Shown here piece after piece: positions 10,718 to 23,299 of a DNA stretch of 64,000 bases. How positions within the stretch are numbered: position 1 is the first letter of the stretch; each line of letters begins with the position of its first letter. The stretch is from Octopus sinensis. Taxonomy: Eukaryota. The stretch covers positions 24,242,001 to 24,306,000 of the forward strand of contig NC_043014.1 in NCBI RefSeq assembly GCF_006345805.1. Direction: 5' to 3'. The position numbers and the translations under genes are program-made. The notes beneath the pieces are model-generated. The model was given only the letters and a program-made list of their open reading frames with translations, was not told the DNA's origin and made no database searches.

Positions 10718-12535
10718 TAATAATAATAATAATAATAATAATTGTGTACAGTGCTCAGGTGCACTAGAAACTCATCTAAAGTGTATATATAATCAGGTGT
10801 AGTTTCAGCGGATTTCGGAAAGCATGAGGGCCTTAAAGGATGCAGTGTCATGGCAGTCAACAACTGACGCAGGCAGTTTATTCCATGCTTCAGCAACTCT
10901 GAGCGTGAAAAAATGTTTCCGAAAGTCATGGGAGCTGTGTTGTTTTCTGACTTTGTAGGCATGTCCACGTGTGTTAGACACATGGAGATCAAAAAGGTGT
11001 TCAGTGTTGTTGTTGGTGAGGTGGTTGATAACTTTGTGGGTGTTTACCAAGTCCGTCGCCAGACGCCGGAGCTTCAGTGAATCCATGCCCACGGAAACAA
11101 GGCGCTCAGAATATGGTAGGTGTCTGATGGAGGGTATGCGTTTGGTTGCACGTCTCTGGACAGATTCCAGGAGGTCTATGTTCTGAGCAAGATAGGGGTT
11201 CCAAACTGATGATGCGAATTCCAAGTGTGGTCGTACCATAGCTGTATACAGTTTTAAATAGATGGCTGGAGAGCGGCTAACAAAAGTCTTGCTGAGTGAT
11301 GCCAAGACACCCTCGGCCTTCTTGACAATTTTAGAGATATGCTTTGTCCAATGCAAATCACTGCTGACAGTGATGCCTAGGTCACGCTCGCAAGAGGATT
11401 TCTTGATATCAGTGTTGTGGAGGGAGTATGTGGACGCAGGGTTTTTTCTCCCAAAATGCATGGTCGTACACTTGTCCACAGCCAGTTTCAGTTGCCAGTC
11501 TGTGATCCATTGCTGCTGCGTTGTGTCTAGGTCTGATTGCAGGAAAGAGTTGTAGACATCAGGATCTGTCCTCTTGATTTCAAGGTACAGCTTGATGTTG
11601 TCTGCATATTTCAATACTGTGGCATTCTTTAAATTGGCATCTATAATGTATGCCACAAACAAGAGGGGACCAAGGACAGATCCCTGTGGTACACCCGATG
11701 ACATCTCATATGGTGTAGAGTGCTGTCCTAGAACTGTGACTACCTCCTTTCGGCTGAGGATGAAGGATTTCAACCAGTTAAAAAGGTCATCCCTCACACC
11801 CATTGCAGAGAGTTTCACCATAAGCCTTTTGTGTGGCACAGAGTTGAAAGCCTTAGCAAAGTCAAGGTAGACAACATCCACCCATGAGCCACTGTCAGTG
11901 ATCTGAGTAATGTCCTCAAGGAACTCGACAAGCTGATCACTGCAGCTGGAGTTGAGGACAAATCCATATTGCGAGGGTCGGATGAGACTGTGAGAGCTCC
12001 AGAAGTTCCAGAGTGTTTCTCTGACACACAATTCCATCAGTTTTGCAATACAGCTAGTGAGACTGACTGGGCGATAGTTGACAGGTGATGTGCGGTCGCC
12101 CTTTTTGAACAGAGGAATGACACTGGCAGTTTTCCACTGCTCCGGAGTAGCACCATTGTTGAGACAGTACTGGAAGAAAATAGAAAGCTGGTGTAAAAGG
12201 AAGTACCTGCCATGTTTGAGAAGCAGGTATGTAACTCCATCGAGACCAGGGGAGGCATAGTTGCGCTTATTTTGAAGGTGATGTCGCAGCATTGCAGGTG
12301 TAAGTTCCATAGTTGTTATGGAATTTGCTGTTAGTGATGGTGAAGATGGTACATTTTGACTTTCAACAGTGAATATGTTTGCATAGCACTCAGCAATGAG
12401 TTCTGCGCATTCCTTGGGGTCGTCAGTGATCTGGTTTGTGTGAGGGTTGCGAAGAGGGCCCACTGGAGAGTGAGGTCTCTGCTTTGAATGCACATATTTC
12501 CAGAAAACCTTGCTGTCAGGATTGGCTGCTATGCT
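10718..12535 (-). mobile_element. 5'-truncated CR1-group LINE with a 562-aa open RT frame and (ATT)n tail
   Basis: NYRPVSLTS, YLDFAKAF, GVPQGSVLGPLLF, YADN, ERDLG, WNKLP motifs; (TAA)n at 10718-10741 on +. Confidence 0.95.
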
Positions 12536-12900
12536 ATGTCATGTCTCATTATATATTTGCATATAGACTTACTCCAATATCATTCTACCTCATATTTCGC
12601 TTTTACCTTTTACATTCAACTTACTGAAAGGTGTCATGTATTTAACTTTAGCCTATTTATTTAAATACAAGCATGTATTTGAGCAGAACAAAGCATAAAA
12701 ATAATTTGACGTTACAGATCGAAAATTCAGAAAGCCAAGGTGTGTTGGTGCCTCCTTGGTATGTTGATATACAAGAAATATTGTTCTTTGGGAACTTTTG
12801 CAGTGAATATGAATAATAGTGTTTATTATGTACATTTCTAACTTTTCCATGGAATGTGACATATGTTGTAAATGAACAGCTCTTGCATTAACTAAACTTC

Positions 12901-13086
12901 ATCATCATCACCATCATCATTTAGCGTCCGTTTTCCATGCTAGCATGGGTTGGACGGTTCAACTGGGGTCTGTGAAGCTGGAAGGCTTCATCAGGCCCAG
13001 TCAGATCTGGCAGTGTTTCTACGGCTGGATGCCCTTCCTAACGCCAACCACTCTGTGAGTGTAGTGGGTGCTTTTTACGTGCCACC
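12901..13086 (-). mobile_element. RTE 3'-end fragment
   Basis: (CAT)n followed by TTTAGCGTCCG...CCATGCTAGCATGGG, the same 3' end as the 6915 and 19533 copies. Confidence 0.85.
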
Positions 13087-13465
13087 CTTGAAAACCTTTT
13101 AGAAAGTGTATGCAACCTGTTTGTAATATCATGTACCCATGTGTAAATTTGCATATATATTTGGTTGTTTTGAATACAAGTCCAACATTTGGAAAATTAG
13201 GTTGGAGAATTTATTGTAGAAAATAACATAATGTAGAATAATGAGTGGGTCTGGGGAGTGATAAATATAATTTTCCTATTTTCCTGTTATTTTGTCATTT
13301 TTATTTAGATCCTCATACTCTCATTAGAAACTTTCATGTACATTTTTCTTCAATACCTGAAATAGGAAAAATTAAATATTCATAAATACAAGCCAAAATA
13401 TTATAATGATGACAAAGTTTTTAGTAAAACACTTGCTATTATTGACCACTGGGGTACTCGAGTGA

Positions 13466-13680
13466 TCATCTAACATCTGTTTTCCATGCTGACATGTGTT
13501 GGACGGTTTGACAGGAGCTGACCAGCTGAAGGGCCATTCAGCTCCCTGTCTGTGTTCACAGGGTTTCTACAGCTGGAATCCCTTCCTAATACCAACCACT
13601 TTACAGAGTGTTCTGGGTGTTTTTATGCAGCACTGGTATGGGTGCTTTTTACATGGTACCAGCACTTACGCAAGGTGCCT
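13466..13680 (-). mobile_element. Degenerate RTE 3'-end fragment
   Basis: Similarity to the same 3'UTR. Confidence 0.7.
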
Positions 13681-13801
13681 GTATGCAAAAGCAATCAAGC
13701 GTTTACTTTTCAAGTACAGTGAACTGCCGGGATACTTGGTCCCTTCTCATCCTTTCTCTGAGTTCTAACATCTATAGATCTTTTCTCACCAATACAGTGT
13801 A

Positions 13802-15129
13802 CTAGAATGAAAAATGTGAGCAAAGGATAACAATATTCTTAAGTATTTAATAAACCTGGAAAAAAACAGGACAAGAAGTAAGCCTGAAATAAAAGAAAGG
13901 AACTTAAAATATTGCTGCTAAAATAAAATTTGAAGGTGTTGCTAATTGAATAAAATATTCAAATAAGCCAAGCCATTCAATACTGAACAACCATCTTTCA
14001 ACCAAGAAGTAAGCCTAAAATAAAAGGAAAGAGCTTAAAATACTCTCTTTTACTTGTTTCAGTCATTTGACTGCAGCCATGCTGGAGCACCGCCTTTAAT
14101 CAAGCAACTCGACCCCGGGTCTTATTCTTTTGTAAGCCCAGTACTTATTCTATCGGTCTCTTTTGCCGAACCGCTAAGTTACGGGGACATAAACACACCA
14201 GCATCGGTTGTCAAGCAATGCTAGGGGGACAAACACAGACACACACACGCACATATATATACATATATATGACGGGCTTCTTTCAGTTTCCGTCTACCAA
14301 ATCCACTCACAATGCTTTGGTCGGCCCAAGGCTATAGTAGAAGACACTTGCCCAAGGTGCCACGCAGTGGGACTGAACCCGGAACCATGTGGTTGGTAAA
14401 CAAGCTACTTACCACACAGCCACTCCTGTGCCACTACTGCAGTTAAATATAAAATTCAATAAAAATAATCTGGTGCTTTATCATAAATACCCATGAATCA
14501 AATAAAAGTTGTTTGAAGATTTTTGAAATAGAGATTAATTTTTGTTTATTTATTATTAATACAATGCTATAAAGATTATCTTTATTTTCTTTTATTATGA
14601 TTAACTCTATGATATCTGCATTTATTTGAGAGAAAGTTAGATTTACCTAACATTAAAATGAACTGAGAATTAGTTAACTAACTAAAAATTAAAATTTTTA
14701 AAGTAAAATAATTTTGCCAAAAAAGAAAGAAAACATCTGATTACTTTAAATAGGCTTAAATTTTTACTGTAGTCAAGCATTTAACTTATTTACCTACTTT
14801 CTTTATATTTGTAATAAAAATTTAATAAATAAAACAATTTTAACTACCTAATGTTACAAAATATGATGGCAGTTATCATTTTATTTTCATACATTAAAAC
14901 AATTCAAAATTTATTTACTGTAAAGCTTAGCAATAGTGAAAAATTTGGCTTAAAGATGGCTTGGCTATTTTGAATATTTTACTTAATTGACAACCCATTC
15001 AAATTTTATCTTAGCTGCAATATTTTAAGCTCTCTTCTTTTATTTTAGGCTTACTGTTTGCCCTGTATTTTTGCAGTTTATTAAATACTTAAGAATATTG
15101 CTATCCCTTGCTTGCATTTTTCATTCTAG
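13802..15129. mobile_element. TA-flanked MITE-like DNA element with ~175-bp imperfect TIRs
   Basis: TA|CTAGAATGAAAAATG ... CATTTTTCATTCTAG|TA; arms ~13802-13976 and ~14956-15129; contains a nested SINE. Confidence 0.8.
14045..14431 (-). mobile_element. tRNA-derived SINE (octopus-type, CORE-like), near full length
   Basis: On - strand: A-box TGGCTGTGTGG, B-box GGTTCAGTCCC, then CACCTTGGGCAAGTG; near-identical to the copy at 30756. Confidence 0.88.
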
Positions 15130-15508
15130 TACTCTTTAGCTTACTTGTTCATATTATTTCATTTCTTATTGATCAATAATTGATGTAAATTCATTTTTCG
15201 AAATTGAATAACACTTTCTTTACATTGAATATTATGAAATCTGCCTATTTAGAATGAATTTTCTAATTAATGTTTATCAGAAATAAAATTTTCTAAAAAG
15301 AGAGTAATAATAAAAAATATATAAAACACTATGAACAATGAGGAATCAAATGACTTAGGAGAGAAGGTCGACTAAAACAAAACAATTGTAGACTGAATAT
15401 TCTGTTTGCCTTGTATTGACAAATTGTTATTTAAGTATCTTTGTAATTACAAGACATATATTTACAACTAGTAATTATTGAAAGCTGCATAACTCTTTTT
15501 CTCTTTAA

Positions 15509-16960
15509 CCCTTTCGTTACTATATTTCTGACCAAAATACACCCCTCATGAGTTTCAATTAAATTCTAAAATAATCATGAATCTAGGCTTGTTTCATTAA
15601 ATAACTGTAACTTTTTTACTTATCAACATTTTAATGTGATATTTGGAACATAATTAAAGAAAGGGTTCTTAATCAATTCTATTGCATAACTTTTGTCTCA
15701 AAGTGACTTTAATTACAGGTAAATCCAGGTAAATTGAGCAAAAGGTAAAAATATTAAAATTTTAAATTGAGCAAAAGGAAAAAATTAAAATTTTGTTTAA
15801 ACATCACTATAGAAGATGAATCATCAGCTAATATTCAAATGGGTATGCTACAAAATTTTGATAAAGAAGAATTGTGCACATCACTAGATCATCAGTTGAA
15901 TTTAATGCACAACAGGTGTAACCATAAAGGTGGAATAAAGTGAAATACTGGAATCCACCTCAAGTTTGAACTAAAGAAATCGGTCAAAAAATAATATACG
16001 GCCCTGGTTATGGTATGGAAGTGATAAATTCCAGACCACATCGTTCCCTAGGCCATGCTGACTAACATTATTTTCTCTGTATAAAAACTAAATCCACGCA
16101 GTACCCAGTATTTGCTTCACAAATTTTCAAAACTTTGAACCTGGATTTTGTGTTTGTTTACAATCTGCGTAAGTTTGTTTCCGCATTGATCGCTTCAAAC
16201 AATAACTTCCAGACTACATCGTACCCTAAGCCATGCTGACTAACATTAGTTTCCCTGTATAAAAACTAAATCCACAACAGTACCCAGTATTTGCTTCACA
16301 AATTTTCAAAACTTTGAACCCCCATTTTGTGTTTGTTTACAATCTGCGTAAGTTTGTTTCCGAAGTGATCGCTTCAAACTAGCATACTGATAAAAATAAA
16401 AGTCTAATGGTTTCACTTCCTAAGAAAGGCTATATATAGATAAACTTTATCTCCTCAGAAAAATTGCTAATAAAAACATTTAAAAAGTTTTTTTACTTCA
16501 TTCCGATGTAAAATCGTCTTCGCTGTCGCCTTCGCCGCTTTGTTTCTTCGGAAGGCGCTGCTTTCATTTTCGGATAAAAAAATATTCATTATTTTGTACA
16601 CTACGTGCTTTAGTACCTATTTCATTCTTTTTCTCGATATCTCCCTATTTTCCGTTGAAAAAGCTTTAAATTCGGAATCAATGCTTGATAACATAAAACT
16701 CCTATCCATTTTCAAAGTTGAAGAAAAATCGATGCCAAAAAACATGTGGAAAAAAATCTCCCAAAATTCACTGAGTTGAGATATCACTTCAAGCAATGTC
16801 GGATACTATAACTTAACTATTTACAATGTGAAATCACATGTTTTAACGAATGTACCAACGAGATTTGGGTTCAAATTTACATTTAAATAACAATAGGTTC
16901 TCACGGCCGGGTTGGTATTATGAGCCAAAAAATTTTTTGGCCGGGTTAGTAACAAAAGGG
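15509..16960 (-). mobile_element. Second deleted piggyBac element, related subfamily, opposite orientation
   Basis: TTAA|CCCTTTCGTTAC...GTAACAAAAGGG|TTAA; the - strand encodes KWGFKVLKICEANTGYCCGFSFYTGK and HGLGYDVVW motifs, duplicated at a 178-bp period (16029, 16207). Confidence 0.88.
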
Positions 16961-17664
16961 TTAATATATTTTTATGGAGTTCACAAGGAAAGATACATCT
17001 GGTGGAGATAAAGTATAGTATGCTTTTCAAATAGCTGAGATATATCAAGTTGAAGTCAATCTTAAGGTTTATTTATCAATTTTTTTGGCTACTTAAAATT
17101 TAAAAAAGCCTCCTTGTATGTGTAACTCAGTAATAGTTAAAAATTTATAGTTATAATTATAAACATAATATTAGACCTGTTGTAATACATGTAATTTATA
17201 AAGTTTTTATAATTATTTAACACGCAAAGAAAAAAGCACAAAGATGATAACACGCAGCCTCCCAATACAACCAGCGAGCTCCAACAGTTTGTATTTATAA
17301 CCTAGGAGACTTCAGGCGAACTCAGCAAGCAAACTTGCTTAGAGCAGAAGTGGTAGTTACAGAAGTCAGAAGAGTTGACAATAACAAACAAAACTGTTAA
17401 GTATAAACAATATAAAACAACTTTAAGATGCCAATAAACATTTATGGAATAAACAGACAGTTCTTAAGAGAGTTTTTTAAAGTTCTTTCATTTACCTTTG
17501 AAATGTTTAGACTTGTTTTGGTGAGCTTTTCTTTTTATTGACCAGTGTAATGATTCATTATGTTATCTTTTTTTTTTGTTGACTAGACTCTGTTGTTACT
17601 TCCAAATTTACACTAGTCAAGTAACCATTCTACATTCTTTATGTTGGCAAGTTCACACTGACTA

Positions 17665-18403
17665 CTGTAAAAACCCATGTAATTTGCGTACCAGTGTAAT
17701 TTACACAGGTGATTTTCACGATAAAATTTGTTAAAAAAAGCTTCTACTCATGTAAAATTTGCACCCCCAAATTTTCAGAATTGCCAATATGGCCAGGGAA
17801 AAAAGGTTTCCAATTTAGTTATATTTAGCATAATTTCACTTACTTATGATGAGATTTTATTAAATTTTCATTAAATAAAAATAATTTCTATTTAACAGGT
17901 ATCACATTAAAAGCTATTAAATTACAAAGAGTTTATGTTGTTTATAATAAACTTTATTTTACATTTCTTGCCCACAAGATTATGTCCAATCTTTAACATA
18001 TGTCTTCTCAAATCAGGATCACAGGAAAAGTTGTTAAGAATTATCAACAAAAACAACGCTGATAAATGTGCATAGGTGTTACAAATTAAGTTTAATTACC
18101 AATAAACACAAATGTTTTTTAGTAAATTCCTACAGAAAAAGTAAGCATTATACTATTATACTGTCCAGCATAAATAAAAGTCAATTTCATTATATTTAAG
18201 CTCTTATTTTTCTGTAAAAACCTATTCTGACATTTAATGAGTGCACTTCTGGTACAAATGTTTATGTTTTGTATGTCTTTTATCAACAAAAAACATTTCT
18301 AAAAAAAATTCTGGAAATGATCTACTCATGTAATTTACACACTCCTAAAGTTTATTTTCATTTTTGCAAAAAAAAAATGCATAAATTACATGGGCTTTTA
18401 CAG
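17665..18403. mobile_element. TA-flanked MITE with ~22-bp TIRs (Tc1/pogo-like)
   Basis: TA|CTGTAAAAACCCATGTAATTT ... AAATTACATGGGCTTTTACAG|TA. Confidence 0.75.
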
Positions 18404-19532
18404 TATTTTCACAGCAATTTCAAAACCTTCCACCTTACAAAGACAACACTGTTCACATTAACTAACTTAAATTCACTGTCACATCAAACTGACTTACACC
18501 TATTCCCCTCACAGCAAAGATGCCACCATTCACAATAATTGACTCTCATTCACTATCACATCAAACTGACTTATAACCGTTCTCCTAGCAGCAAAGATGC
18601 TGCTGATCATATTAGCCAACTCACATTCACCATTGCATTGAACCGAGTTGTTCACATTAACCACTAATGTTCACCGTCACCATACATGTCCCTCTTCTGA
18701 CACCAGTTAGTGTGACAACTGTTCAACACAAACTGCTCAACCTCAACCGCTTCACATTGACCTCAAACCAACTATCTACATAAACCACTCACATCGACTT
18801 CCAGCAGACTCCGAACCAACCACCTCACACATCGTCGTACACCGGCTGCTGTCACTCAGCTCCCAGCACAAGACTAAACTCGCCACATGTTCAATAGTAG
18901 TATCCATAGTTCGCCCACACAGTAAAAAGTGCAACAAAATCATACTGCCTATGCTTTAAATAATCACATGATCGCAGACAATTATTTTTCTTGTCTTCGC
19001 TTGCAAAACCAGAGAGCAGTGTTCAAATTTGTGTTTGAGAAATTATCTGAACAGAATTTTTCATTTCTAACAATATTTAACCCTTTAGTGTTCAGATTAA
19101 TCTGTCAAATGTAATGCTTATTTGTTCACATAATTTTGAATTATTCAGGTTCAAGAGGGATGTCTGCAACATTTACTTGTAACTTAGTTAATTTTTTATA
19201 TATTGATTTGAAATTTTGTCAGTGGGTGCTTATATACCAGTGGTTTATAGTTATATAATTTTAGCTGATGTTTCTGATTAAATTGGACTTTTATGGATAG
19301 GTAAATTGAATTAACAAGTTTAAAAGCAATGGCATTATGGATAAACACTAAAATTAAAATTCTTATTGCATTTTATCTGATTTGTTACTAAAATTATCCC
19401 AGATGTCAACTGCCAACAATTTCACCACTTTTCAAGATGAGGTACATTAATTTGAATTAATTAAAATAAAGGTATAAGCGGTACAAGATTTTATTCTTTC
19501 TCTATATTTCATTCAAACATTTTCATTGAAAA

Positions 19533-21867
19533 TCATCATCATCATCGTTTAACGTCCGTTTTCTATGCTAGACTGGGTTGGACGGTTCAACTGGGGTCTG
19601 GGAAGCCAGAAGGCTGCGCCAGGCCCAGTCTGATCTGGCAGTGTTTCTACAGCTGGATGCCCTTCCTAACACCAACCACTCCGTGAGTGTAGTGGGTGCT
19701 TTTTACGTGCCACTTGCACAGGTGCCAGACGAGGCTGGCAAATGGCCACGATCGGATGGTGCTTTTTACGTGCCACTGGCACGGGGGCCAGACGAGGATG
19801 GCAACGGCCACAATCGGATGGTGCTTTTTACGTGCCACCGGCACGGAAGCCAGACGGGGCGGTGCTGGCAACAGCCATGTTTGGATGGTTCTCTTACATG
19901 CCACCGGCACTGGTATCACAGCTACAATTTCCATTGATGTTGATCGATTTTGATTTTGATTTTTGATTTTCACTTGCCTCAACAGGTCTTCACAAGTAGG
20001 GTTTGTGTCACAAGAAGGAAAGGTATGCATAAGTGGGCTGGCTATGTCCCAGGTAGAGGCCACGGGTTATGGTCTCACTTGTCCTGCCAGGTCTTCCCAC
20101 GCACAGCATACTTCCAAAGGTCTCGGTCTCTGGTCATTTCCTCGGTGAGACCTAAAGTTTGATGGTCGTGCTTCACCACCTCGTCCCAGTTTTTCCTGGG
20201 TCTACCTCTTCCACAGGTTCCCTCAACCGCTAGGGTGTGGCACTTTTTCGCACAACTATCTTCATCCATTCTCGCTACATGACCATACCAGCGCAAACAT
20301 CTCTCTTGCACACCACAACTGATGCTTCTTAGGTCCAACTTTTCTCTCAAGGTACTTACACTCTGTCGAGTATGAACACTGACATTACACATCCATCGGA
20401 GCATACTGGCTTCATTTCTTGCGAGCTTACGCATATACTCAGCAGTCATGGCCCAAGTTTCACTGCCATGTAGCATGGCTGTTTGTACACATGCGTCATA
20501 CAGTCTACCTTTTACTCTGAGCGAGAGGCCTTTTGTCGCCAGCAGAGGTAAGAGCTCTCTGAACTTTGCCCAGGCTATTCTTACTCTAGCAGTTACACTT
20601 TCAGCACACCTACCCCCGCTACTGACTTGGTCACCTAGGTAACGGAAGCTATCAACAATTTCTAGTTTTTCTCCCTGGAATGTGGCGGAAGATGGTCTCT
20701 GAGCATTTTCAGTGTTTATTGCTCCTGAGCATCTGCCACATACAAAAACTATTTTCCCAGTTAGCCTTCCTTTGGCATTGTTGCGCTTCTTATGTGTCCA
20801 TAGCTTACACTTGGTGCATTTTATAGAGTTTCTACCTACGCCTTTTCTACAGATCGAGCAGGGCCATCTACCTGAAGGTGTTTGTGATTTGCCTGGCTTC
20901 CTACACATTAGGACTGTGGTTTTAGCTAGGTTGATTTTAAGGCCGTTCGATTCTAATCCTTGTCTCCACGCTTGAAACTTTGCCTCTAGTTCTGATAGTG
21001 ACTCAGCAATTAGAACAAGGTCATCAGCATATAGGAGCTCCCAGGGGCATCCTGTCTTGAATTCCTCCGTTATTGCCTGGAGGACTATGATAAATAGGAG
21101 GGGGCTGAGGACTGAACCTTGGTGGACCCCTACCTCTACCCTGAATACTTTAGTGTACTCGTTGCCAACCCTCACCTTACTAGCAGTGTCCCTGTACATG
21201 GCTTGCACAGCTCTCACTAACCATTCATCTATTCCTAGTTTCCTCATTGACCACCAGATAAGGGATTGGGGGACCCTGTCAAAGCTTTCTCCATGTCAAC
21301 AAAAGCCAGGTACAGGGGCTTATCTTTGGCTAGGTATTTCTCCTGCAGCTGTCTCACCAGAAATATGGCATCAGTGGTGCTTTTCCCTGGCATGAAACCA
21401 AACTGCATCTCATCCAAGCTGACTCTCTTCCTAATCAGTTGGGCTATGACCCTCTCCGTAACCTTCATTACCTGATCCAACAGCTTGATACCTCTGTAAT
21501 TATTTGTATCTAAAGCATCACCTTTACCTTTGTAGCAGTTGACTATTATGCTGCTACACCAGTCATTGAGTATGACTCCTTCGTGTATCACCTGGTTAAC
21601 TATATGGGTGACTAGGCTATAGCCGACACTACCAGATATTTTAAGCATCTCTGCAGTAATTCCTGATGGGCCTGGAGCTTTCCCTGTCTTCATGCTTCTA
21701 ATTGCCTTAACTACTAAGGAACTGTCTACTCGGATAGCTGGTCCCTCTGTTGGGTTGACATTCAGCAGACTCTCTTTATCCCATTCATCTTCCTTATTTA
21801 GCAGCCTCTCATAATGGTGTCTCCAAACCTCTCTCTTTGCATCCTCATCCAGCACAAGTGAGCCATC
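19533..21867 (-). mobile_element. 5'-truncated RTE LINE with RT domain (one frameshift) and full 3'UTR
   Basis: ORFs 21244-21855 (NYRGIKLL, QFGF, AFVDMEKA) and 20075-21247 (GVHQGSVLSPLLF, LYADDL, FRYLG); (GAT)n tail. Confidence 0.96.
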
Positions 21868-21940
21868 AGCGCAAGTGAGCCATCAAGTGCAAGTGAGCCA
21901 TCAAGCGCAAGTGAGCCATCAAGTGCAAGTGAGCCATCAA
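21855..21940. repeat. Five tandem 17-18-bp units (CAAGTGAGCCATC+AAGYG) at the RTE 5' truncation point
   Basis: Units start at 21855, 21872, 21890, 21908 and 21926. Confidence 0.95.
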
Positions 21941-23299
21941 AACTCTTTTACTGGTCAATATACTAGGTTATGTGCTCTTTAATAAATCCATTTACATAAC
22001 ATAATGCATCTAATAAAAAAAAGCTCATTAACAGGTGAGACAAAAGGGAATACAGGTGTGTAGCATACTGAAAATTAATATCTATTTTTCATTTTTACAT
22101 ATTATTTGTAATAAAATGAAAGGAATATATGGCAGTATTACTATCAAACAACAAAATATAGTTATGCCATATTTCTATCAGGAAAAGCACCCTTTACAAA
22201 AGGGCACTTTGCAAAATGAATACATATATGAAGTCTCAATCTGATATCCTTTCACAGTTTTTTTTTTTTTTTTTGGGGGAACAAACATGTCTGCAAACTT
22301 TTTTCCTTGTATCTATCTTTTCCACTTTATGGAAGTCAAGATTTTCTCTGTTGACATTCAACTTCAGTTAATTTTGCTTTTCTCTCAGTTTTACGCTTTC
22401 TGGAAGAAAAGCCTTCACATAACTGAGGTGTGATGTCAACCCAAAATTTCAAATAGTCATAGTCTTTGGTGGTGAAAGAACCTTGTAGCCTTTTACATAA
22501 ACAATATGTGAATTAACTATAGTTAGACATAATACTGGAGATATATGGATCACCATACCTTATATCAAGACTCCAATAGTTCCACAGTCAAGAAAGCTAC
22601 TTGATACCAAACATAATGTAGTTTGCTTGAACATTGTGATATTGGAGAATGTAAAAAGAGAGAAAATAGATAGCTTCTAATAATGCAGTAAGTTCAATAA
22701 AATCTTTGTATTTCAGGTGCAAGGGCCCATCTTTGTAAGAAAAACAGTCTGGGGAATGTCCATTTATGTGGGGTCCTTTAACCCATTCAAGTCCCTAGCA
22801 TTTTGTAGCTGTAGTAGACAGTTATTGCAGCAGTCACTCTCTGAACGTAGGTGTAAACAAACAAAACAAGATAACAAATTATTACTTTTTTACATCACTT
22901 AAGACTGCATAACTTTTTTTCTTTTGCTCTTGAGGTTGTCACCAAAAGAGTCTACTCATCAAGTTCTTTGAAAAGGTTATAATCAAAGTATAGTTTGCTT
23001 TTCAAATACCTGAGATATTTTGAGTCAAAGTCAATTTTAGGTGTTACCAATTTCCGGGCTACGTAAAGATGCATAACATTTTTTATATCTAATATCTTTT
23101 AACGCAGTCTTCACCAAAAGATTCTACTCATTGAATTCTTTTAAATAGTAATAATTAAAGTATAGTTTTTTCTTCTAAATAACAAGTCAAAGTAAATATT
23201 AGGCATTTTAAATAAATTATAAGTTAAAGTAAATATTAGGCATTACTCTCCCATTTTTGCCCCTACATTTTTTATCATAACTTTTTATCTGTACCAAAT

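Noticed and set aside
18470-18660. Two to three diverged ~85-bp direct repeats (TCACATCAAACTGACTTA...CAGCAAAGATGC)
   Set aside because: Real but too degenerate to assign; no supporting structure.
19077-19160. TTAA-CCCTTTAGTG, a piggyBac-like terminus
   Set aside because: No matching partner end was found nearby, so no element could be delimited.
19680-19920. Repeat-spacer-like pattern in RTE 3'UTRs, and the 18-bp array at 21855, superficially CRISPR-like
   Set aside because: Eukaryotic intron, no cas genes, spacers are related to each other, and the units are part of a LINE.
22717-22902. ORF preceded by a ttcag acceptor-like site as an extra OPLAH exon
   Set aside because: Exons 4 and 5 already join without missing residues; the peptide has no OPLAH similarity and no in-frame donor is evident.
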